Source: Desulfobacteraceae bacterium | GTDB lineage: Bacteria; Desulfobacterota; Desulfobacteria; Desulfobacterales; SpSt-501 | Reading direction: 5' to 3' | Length of the DNA stretch: 60,469 bases | Assembly: GCA_041310935.1 (NCBI GenBank) | Contig: JBFYWS010000621.1 | Span: 1 to 60,469 of the forward strand | Part shown: piece after piece, positions 1 to 9,100 of the stretch | Layout of the letters: each line of letters begins with the position of its first letter | Numbering within the stretch: position 1 is the stretch's first letter | Made by a program: the position numbers and the translations under genes | Notes under the pieces: generated by a model | Database searches by the model: none | Seen by the model: only the letters and a program-made list of their open reading frames with translations | What the model was told of the DNA's origin: nothing

Positions 1-121
1 CACGGCGCGGACCTGGCCGTTGCGGGAGCGGTGGAAGCGGGGTGCGGGGATCGGGTCTGCAACGCGCAGTTCTTCGGTTGCTGTGTAGATGTACTCAATG
101 GCGGAATGCTGCATGAAATAC
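1..121. repeat. Terminal direct overlap: nt 1-121 are identical to nt 60349-60469 (circular-assembly signature)
   Basis: Read directly at both ends (cacggcgcggacctggccgttgcggg...gcggaatgctgcatgaaatac). The overlap lies inside an open reading frame. Confidence 0.95.
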
Positions 122-3100
122 GCCGGAAGTCCGTCGTAGACACCTCGATGGTAGCTGACAGCCCAATCCTTGCGAAGTCGTAGACCGCCACGCTCGGCCC
201 CGGTGTCGTAACCAGCACCTTGCGAAAACTCGCGGATGTCGTCTGAATTGACGTTTTTGAAGAATGTATCTGCGCTGACTTCCTCGGAAGAATCAAGCAT
301 CGCGTGGATTCGTTCCGCATCGGACCCGACGCAACTTGTCGCGTACTGGTAGCCTCCATCTCGCCTGACTTTCGCATCAATGTCTGCCCACGTTCTATGG
401 GATGTGGGATACTTGTCGGTTGGGTTCCATGACTGTCGAACCCTCGCCGCCTGCCCGTCGCCGCTCTCCACCGCGGCCTTGACCAACTCGTCGGCGTCGT
501 CGAACCGGCCGCCCCATGTGCCCTCAGCCGCGAACGGCACGGCGCGGGTCTCGTCGGACAGCGTGGCGTCGAACGCCTCGCGGGTTACGCCGCGGGGCTG
601 GGAACCGAGAAGGTCTGACGTGGAGAACTGCACGTTCTGCCTGAAACTCAGGTCTCGCACAGCCCTCGCTCTGTCGTCCGCCTTGTCGGGGTCGTACTTC
701 TCGACCTCGATCCCGTGCCGCTTGAGAATGGCGAACGTCTGCGGACTGGCATCGCTGGGCACCACGGCGCCCGTGAACTCCTGCAACTGAACGACGCGCT
801 GCGGCTTGGCCTCGAAGTATTCCGTCGGCATCGCCTTCAACTCGTCCGTGAACTGCCGAATCTCTTCCCAAGGCATCTGGTCGTAGTCGAAGCCGTATTC
901 CTTCAGCTTGGCTCGTGGCGTGCGGGAGCGCATGGCGTCGATGACGGCGTTCCAGAATGTTTCGCTGTATCCGAATGATTCGGAATTGTTCTCATAGGCG
1001 GACCTGCCACTGTTGGCGATCTCTTGCAGTCTCGCGTTTGCGCCCTGCTTGTCCTCGTCCATCCCAGATTTCAGTTTGCCGCGGTCGGACTGAATCTGCG
1101 CCAGCGTCCGGTACTGCCGGCTACCGATGGCGGCCCGCACGCTCCCGGCCCCGTAGAAAAACCCCTCGCCTTCCTTGGATCGGATGGCCTTGCGCAGTTC
1201 CTTCATCACGTAGTCGAGCGTGTAGGGGGCATACCGCTTGTTCCCGGCGTTCGTGAACCCCTTGAAAATCTTGCGCTCGACGAACGGGCCGAATGTGGCG
1301 TCCACCCAGGACTCGAACTCGGACTTGTGCTCGGCGATGAACGACCGCAGGGCCTCGCGCCCATCAACCTCGTCGGTGTTGCGAAAGACTTGCCCGTACC
1401 GCGTACCGGCGAAGTAGGCGCCCAACCCCAGGTCACGGTACAGGTCTTCAATGCCATGGTCCCTGAACTGTCCCGCCGCCTCAAGATGGCTATGCAGCCC
1501 GTAGAGCACGCTGCGGATGTGGTAGTCTTCCTTGTTGAGCGAGTCGCTTCGCATGTCGCCGTAGGTGGCCTGCACCCATGCCTCAATCGGCTTCCACACG
1601 GCATCAGCGCCCTTCGTCATCAGGTGAGTCGCGGATGGGTAGCGCGGGCTATACTGATCGGCGTTCGCCACGCGCATGCTGCGGTCAACCTTGGGGTCCA
1701 CCAGCTCCGGGCGTCCGATGAGCGTGATTTCACCAAAGCCTTCGTAGGGCGCTTCCGCGTTCGCCACCCCGAGGGAAGGCATGGCGAGCCCGCCCATCTC
1801 TTCGGCGAACGCAAGGTTCTTCGCTGACAGGTTGTGCATGGCGACCAGCGGAGGATTCGCTTCAGTCTCCCCCCGTGCCGCCAGCTTCCTCGGCATCACC
1901 ACGCCCTTAGCGGTCCCGTCATCGTTCGCAACCGTGATGGGCGAAAGCTCGTCCGTCAGGCCGATCTCAACCGTCTCTGAGTCCCCGGCTTTCAGAGTGT
2001 CCATCAGGTAGTCGGGGTTGAACGCGGCGGTCAGCGTATCGCCCCCGAACGCGACCTTCTCCGCGACGGGGACGGTGCGCTCCATCGTGTACTGCGGGCG
2101 ATTGCCGCTGGTCTTGACGACGATTTCCTTGCTGGATACGTCGAGATGAACGGACTCGTTTTTTCCGTACTCCGGATCGCCAGCGACGTAGGGCCTCACG
2201 TCGGCGAGTGCCTGGCCCAGCGCCTTGCGGCTGACGCGCAGCTTTATCTTCTGGCCGGCGGGGTCGGGGATGACCTGGCGGAAGTTGGGGTAGGTGCCCT
2301 CGATCAGTTTGGTGCGCAGCGTGATGTTGCCGTCGGTGATCTCGGCTATGTCGTTGCGAACCTTGATTTCATTGCCGTTGCCATCAACTTCCTTCGCCGT
2401 CGTCGTTCCCACTCTCACCGTCACTGGTCCCGCCCCGTTGCTCTGAAGCAGCAGATTTACGGCCTGCGGGCGCAGGATCATCTGCACGGACTCGCCGCCC
2501 TTGGGAGCCGCAACCGTCCCCGCTGTGGCAACGTGCAGCCGCCTTCCGTCCGTGCCGACGAGCGAGACTGCGCCGTCCTTGGCGACCTCCAACAACACGC
2601 TGTTCAACACGTAGCGGGACTGGTCCGTGCTCTGCGCCGCTTGAACGGCCAGCAGACCAGCCTTGAGCGCCTGGGCTTGGGCACCGCTGAACTTGAAGGT
2701 CTCCGTGGCCTTGCCGATGTTCATGGGGTCGGGGAACTCGTCGGGGGATTCCTCGGCCTCAACCCATGCGTTGCCGCGGGCTTCCCACAGACCATCGGCC
2801 TGCTCAGTGGGGGCGGATACCTCGTTCTCCAGGTCCGTTGTTCGGCCGATACCGCCCTTGGCGTGCATCCTGGTAAGAACCGGCAGGTTGCTGCCCTTCG
2901 GTGCGGCGGCCCGCAGAATGTCCTCGCCCTTGGCGGGCTTGCCCTTCAGTGTGTCGGGTTCCCACGCCTCAACAGCCTTCGGCGTCGTGTCGGGAGCCTT
3001 TGGCGTTTCCTCGATGGCGGACTCGAACATGGCGGCGCGGGCGGTCTTGTCCTCTGCACCTACGCCCTGCACCATGCCGAACGACAACCTGGCGCTGGTC

Positions 3101-6100
3101 CCCGCCTTGGCGGCGTCGGACAGGTATGGCATGAAGTAGGCATCGCGGGCAAGTCCGGTCTCCTGACGCGGCATGACGACCGACACCATGCCCTGCGCTT
3201 GGCGGCCGGCAGAGACTTCCACGTCCAGGGACTCGGAAAACGTCTTGCCGTTGCGGTCCTTGGTGGTCAGCGTCAGCGTGCCGTGCTCGCTGGAAATGCC
3301 CACCACAACGCCTTCACGCACCTTCCCGGCCATCTTCTTGAGCTTGGCGAGCGCCTTGTTGAACGCCTTGCGGTCCACCGTCAGCGTCTCGGCGGTCGCC
3401 TGCGATAGCAGCGGGGCGAAGTCCGGCTTGGCGACATCGGGCAACCTGGCCGTGACGGTCGTGTTGCCATTGGAAAAGCGGACGGCGCCGGGTGTTGTGC
3501 CGGTCTCTTTGACTTCCGGCTGTCCCGCCTCGATGGTCAGGCTCTCGCCGTGCGGGTCGGCCAGTAGCGCGGTCACGGCGGAGGGATTCAGCCCCACGGC
3601 CCAGCCGTCGGGCACAGCAGAGACATCAGCGGATACCGTCGTGGAGACCAGCCGCCTGCCGTCGGATGCCGATACCGCTACTGCACCGTCGTTGACCTTG
3701 GACACCCACACGTTCATCAGGGCGTAGCGTGTTTCGTCGGAAGACGCCGCCGCCTGGGCCGCCTTAAGGGCCTGCATGAACTCTCGGCCATCGGCGAGCT
3801 TCACCGTGACGGGCTTCTCCAGCTTCGCAAAGCCATACGGGAACTCTTCCAGACCTTCCGGCCCCTGCTCGATGATGAGGACGTTTGACCCCGGCAGTCG
3901 GCGGTAGATTCCGTCCGGCAGGTCCACGGGGGCCTGCACCGTGGCGTCCAGGTCGGACGCGCTGGCGACACCATCCTTCACGGCGACCATTCCGAGGATC
4001 GGGAGCGTGTTCTTCGGGTTGGCGACCTTGCCCAGCGCCTCGACGGGGTGCGTTGCGCCCCGGAACGGCGGCTTCCACGCGGTAGCGAAGGCGCGGCCCT
4101 TGTCGGCTGTTGCGCGGGCCTCGGCGTCGAACTTGGCCTGCTCGGCGGCCTTGGCCTTGGCTTCCTTCTCGATCTTCTCGTCGGACGCCTTCTCCGCTGC
4201 TTCGGCCTCGGCGGTCAACCGGGGTATGTCGGCAATCAGGTCGTCGGCCTGCTTCGCGGTCGGCTCGCTGACTTCAGGGACGGGCAGTTCAGCGGCCTTG
4301 TAGGCATCGTGGATGCGGCGGCGGCGTTGCGCCATCATCTGCAACGACTGGTCCAGTCTCGCCGCTTCCCGCAGCCGTTCGATGGTCAGGGGTTTCCCCT
4401 CGCGGGCATCGAAGTCGGCATTCCGAGCGATGTTGGGTGCCAGCGCCTTGACTTCCTCGTCCGTGGCGTCCGGGTACAGTTCGCGGGCCATCGGCTCGGC
4501 GGCGACCTCGGCCTGGGCCTGGAGGGCGTCGGCTGCATCCGTGGTCATCAAGCCGCTCTTGGCGTCACGCTGGGGGCCAAGGATAGCCGCCCGTGCCATG
4601 AGCCTTGAGACTTCCGGGGCCTTCTCGTCGCGGGCGACCGTGGCGTAGCGGGCGCGTTCAAGTTGACGCTTGGCGGGCTGCTCGACCTCGCGCAAGTGGT
4701 TCTCGAAGACGGCCTCGGCCTCTCGCGCCAGTTTGACGAGCCGCTGGTACTCCGTGACCTTGGCCTTGGGGGCGGACTTCTTGATTCGCCCTGATGGGTC
4801 AACGTAGCGGTTCATGCCGACAAATCGTCCGCGTTTCGTAGCCAGCAGGTCGTTTTCCTTGGCGTAGGTAGCGGCTTCGATGCCAGCCTTCTCCATCGCC
4901 ATTCGGAGTGTGGCTGTAACCGTGTCGGCTTCTGTCATGGCCTTCCGCGCCTCCTCGACGCTCGGGATGTCGGAGGGGATGGCGGGGGTCGCCACGGGGG
5001 CGCCCGGCTTCGGCTTGCTGGCTTCGGGCGTGGCCCCGCGGAAAGCGTGCTCGACGGCATCCTTGATGGCGGCGTCACGGCTCGGATAGTTCTGGTACAG
5101 CATCTTCCGCGTCTTGCGGTCGGGCGACGTGTACTCCAGTCCGAACGTGCCGTCGCCTTCGTCGGTGAGCTTGTAGGCCGCGTCGTTCTCCAACTGGTCG
5201 GCTCCGTACTTCGCCATGTTGCGGGCGAACTTCTGCTCAGGAGACCCCTCTGCGGACTTGGCAGCCACCTTCGCCTTCAGGGCTTCCAGCTTGGTCGCCT
5301 TCGGGGCCTCGGCCTTTAGGACTGTCCGTAACTGCTCTGTCAGCAATCCTTCTCGTTCGGTCAGCTTTGCAATTCTGGACTGCTTCTTGTCGTAATCGGC
5401 TGGAGCAGTTCTGGAAGAGTTCAACTCTTCGCGTTGACGGCGCACAGACGCCAAGCGTTCCCGTATCTCGGCTTCGGTAGTGAGTTTCGCATCCGCTACT
5501 GGAACGGGAGACTTTGTGGTCGGCGCCGGGGCCTCGGCGGTGGGGGCTTCCGGCTTCACCCAGTAGTCGTACTGGCTTTGAATCCGGTCGGCGGGCATCT
5601 TCGCCAACTCAGCGGAGAACTCAGCGCGTTTGCGGGCGACGGCCCTGTCAATGTCGGCTTTCAGCGCATCTTCAGTGGGGAAACGCTCGCCGACGGTTGT
5701 ACCCTCTCGGGCCATCATGCGGACCCAGTAGTCACCACGCGGCACAGGAACAAAGCGGGCGCGGTCTTGTGCATCCGCAGCGTCAAGAATGGCCGCGATC
5801 TTCGCTTCCCGCTCGGCGTCCACGGCCTCGACGCCTTTATTGCCCTCGCCCACACGGTCGAACTCGCCCTTGCCGATCAACTCGGCGTCGGGGGAGGCCC
5901 ACTTCACGTCCTTGTCATTCTCTACCTCAACAAGCCACGCTTCCGTAGTTCCGTCTTTGGCGGTCCCTGTTTCCAAGTAGGCGAGGCGTCCGTACACTCG
6001 GATACCTCCAACCTTCGTCTTGGAATATCCGGTGACGTGGTAAACGTCCCGCGTGTCGCCTTCCTTGTTCTCGATGGTGCCCAGTACCGGGTTGTCCTGA

Positions 6101-9100
6101 GAGATGTCGGCCTCGTCCAGCGCCCCGCTCATCCCATCGGGCATGTTGTCGGCGGCAAACTCGACAACCTGTTTCTCGGCGGTGAGTCCCTTGTCCTTGT
6201 CCTGGGCAACGAAGATTTGGCCGCGGGCCTCGTAGTTGGCCTCGATCTCGGCCTGCATTTCCTCGTACCGGCCCACGGCCTTGGCAATGCCGTCCTCGTC
6301 CTGCATGTCGGCAACGGCGTCCCCGATCTTCTCGCCTTCTACGATCATGCGGGTCATGTCCAGCCAAGTCTCGTGGTTCATGCCCTCGGCGTACCGGGCC
6401 AGCGTCTCGAAGGCGTCGTCGCCGTACTTCTGGCGCAGGCGCGTCTCGCGGGAGTTCAGGCGGCCTTGCAGGGCCACGGTCTCGGGGGTGATGGCGGAGC
6501 CGGTCGGGGTCTGGCGGGCGGCGGGGGCAGGTGGCGGGGGGGGCAGGGGGAATGGAGTCGGAACTGTGCCTTCGTCTGGTCTTGGCATCCAATCCTTGCC
6601 TCGATACGCCAGGCGTACAGCGTTGGGAATGTCCTCGCCACGATTTACCGCCCCACGCATCGCCTGTTCATGCGATATGCGCAGTGCCCGTTCATCGGAA
6701 GCCGTTGTCCGTTGTCCATTACGTTCCCGAACGGCCTTCATAGTTTGGACATACTCATGTGGTGTCTGCGCCCATTCTGGCAGTGCTGGCGCCGGGGCCT
6801 CTTCAGCAGGGGCGGCTGGTGCGGCGGCAGCAGGCTCCTTTGCCGCCATGACCGTCTTGAGCGGGTACTTGTCACTGACGTTCTCGCCCTTGGAATTGAC
6901 TACCCGCACAGATTTGTACGGGCCGCTGCCTTTGAGTGTTCCCGCGTCCTGAGCACGCACCTTAGCCGTCTTCCCGTCCTTGGTCTTGGCCTCGATCCAT
7001 AGGTCAGGCAGGCCCCGCCTTGACGGGGGTGGCTTCAGCAGGCCACGGTGAGCCGCTTCGGCCAAGGTTATCGAAACCGCCTTAGCCGTGGCCGATGGTG
7101 TTTGGGGGGCCTCTGGGGGGGACTGTGGCGCTCTAGGAATGGCCGGAGGCGGGGGGGGAGCTACTCTGATACCCCCCGGAGCGCCATTGGGCGGGGTTCT
7201 CGCATCTCTCTGCCCGGCCTCGTAGGCGGCGCGTTCTTCGTAGGAAATGGACATCCCGCCTTCGTGCATCGGGGTGCCCTTGCCAGACTTTCCGGCGTTG
7301 TAGAGTTCTCTGAACCACGGTTCTGCTGATTGGAGTTGGTCATGGCTCAGGTTCCCGCGTGGGCTTGTCATGTCGGACAGCCATTTCTTCCACACCTTCT
7401 TCCCTTCTTTGCCTACCCCGGATAGCTTATACTCTGTCTCTGCCTTCCGGTTGGCTTCATGGCGTGCCTTTTCGCGTTCGTTGTGGGCAGTCATCTCGTC
7501 GAGATAACCAGGAGAACCGGGTCCTGTAGGAGTAACAACGGGAGTCACAGCCGCCTGCCCCTCGCCGCCCGACGCTGGCGGGGGCGTAGCAGGGGCGGTC
7601 TCCGCTTCCGCCCCGCGCCCTTTCGTCTGTCGATAATGGTCTCTCCGCAGGTTGATTGTGGCCAAGTCCCATTCAAGACTTGCGATGGTCTTCTTCAACT
7701 CGGCTTGGTCATCCGCCCATGCCGGATCATCTCCTATCGCCTCAAGTTCATCCTGAGCCCTTTTGAGTGCCGGATACAGTTCCTTGGAACGACGGGTCAC
7801 GTAAGCATCGGCAGATTCGCCTGGAAGAACGCGAGATGCATCGCCCGGCGCTGGCCCCTCGCCGCCATCTTCGCCTCTCTCCCCAAGTCTTTGCTGCAAC
7901 TCCTTCTCGATCTGCGCCAGTTCGTCCTGCTCGGCTTGCGTCAGGTTGAGTGCTCCAGCCGCTTCCGGGCCTTTTTCCGCAGCCGGGACTTCCACGGGCT
8001 TGCTACCGGCTTCTCCCCCACCCGCACCGGCAGCTTCCGCAGATGGGGCGTTGCCGCCAGGAACTCCCGGTACACCTTGGGGTGCTTGTGTTTCAGATAC
8101 GCCGCCTGAGCCAACGACCGGAGCGGTGCCATGTTCGGCCTCCTTGGGTTGAGTAAGTGCAGGCCCCGCGACCGCGCCTGCTTCCGTAGTCGAGGGGGGT
8201 TCCCTCGTAGGCTCAGCGGCCTTCGTTGGTTTGGTTGGCGCGGGTGTTGGAGCCTGCAAATCTGGTGCCGCGATCAGGCCACGCCGGACGCGGGCGGGTA
8301 ACTGGGCGGCTTCTTTGAAGTAGCGGTCCCTAACCGCGGGACTCGCTCGGTCAAGGTTCACGTTCTCAGACCGGGCTATGATCTTCGCTACCTGCTCGAC
8401 TTCGTAGCGGAGTTGCGCGGTGGTGGGCGGGGCGGCGCGTTGCTCCTCGATGCTTGGGCCTTCCTCTGGGATCGAGGCTTTGAGAGCACGTTTCGGCTTC
8501 GCCTTGGCTATATCTGCAACTGGCTTCTGCCTCCTGACAAGAAACTGCCGTCCATCGGGCAGCGTCTCAACCTGAACTCCGTGCCCTGCCAAATACGCGA
8601 CATCTTCGGATGAGATGATACGGTTTGGCGGAAGCGGCAAACCGGGTCCTGACAACCCTTCGTGGAGTTCTGGCCTGATCTCGTCAGCCGTCTTCGTTTC
8701 CGTCTCTATCGCCTTGCGCACGACGGCATCAGCCGTCATTCTGGCGGCAGCGGTCGCCGCTCCCGGCGCTTGCAGTATGAGCATTGGCCCAATGGATTGG
8801 ACGCCAGCCTCAACAACATCCATGGCGCTGTACTTCATTTCTTCTGGCAGGTTGGAGGCATTGATCTGCCCGTCGATGTACTTTGCGGTAAGGCGCGTCG
8901 TTTCCTGAACCGCCTCTTGCAGCACTTCCTCGCCGACCTCTTGCCCCGTCCGTAGTAAAACCATGCCGCCGAGCCTGAGAAGGCTTCGCAAGAAAGTCTG
9001 TTTTGCCACGTCCTTCGCTCTGCGCCCAAGGCCGGGGATGATCTTATCAACCTGCGAGTACTCGATCAGCGCATACGGCAGTCCGGCGTAAGGCGCGAGC

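Noticed and set aside
1-121. The 121-bp end duplication as a physical direct terminal repeat (T7-like DTR)
   Set aside because: It falls in the middle of a continuous coding frame and has the look of an assembler overlap. A true terminus inside the largest gene is unlikely. Only read-terminus analysis can settle this.
2146-3408. Long plus-strand ORFs across 380-10143 in the track (for example 2146..3408, 420 aa; 5434..7002, 522 aa; 1024..1827, 267 aa)
   Set aside because: Their sequences are low-complexity and rich in Arg, Gly, Leu and Val, typical of antisense frames in GC-rich coding DNA. They have no RBS or motifs, and all lie opposite the uninterrupted minus-strand giant ORF, which carries clear protein motifs.
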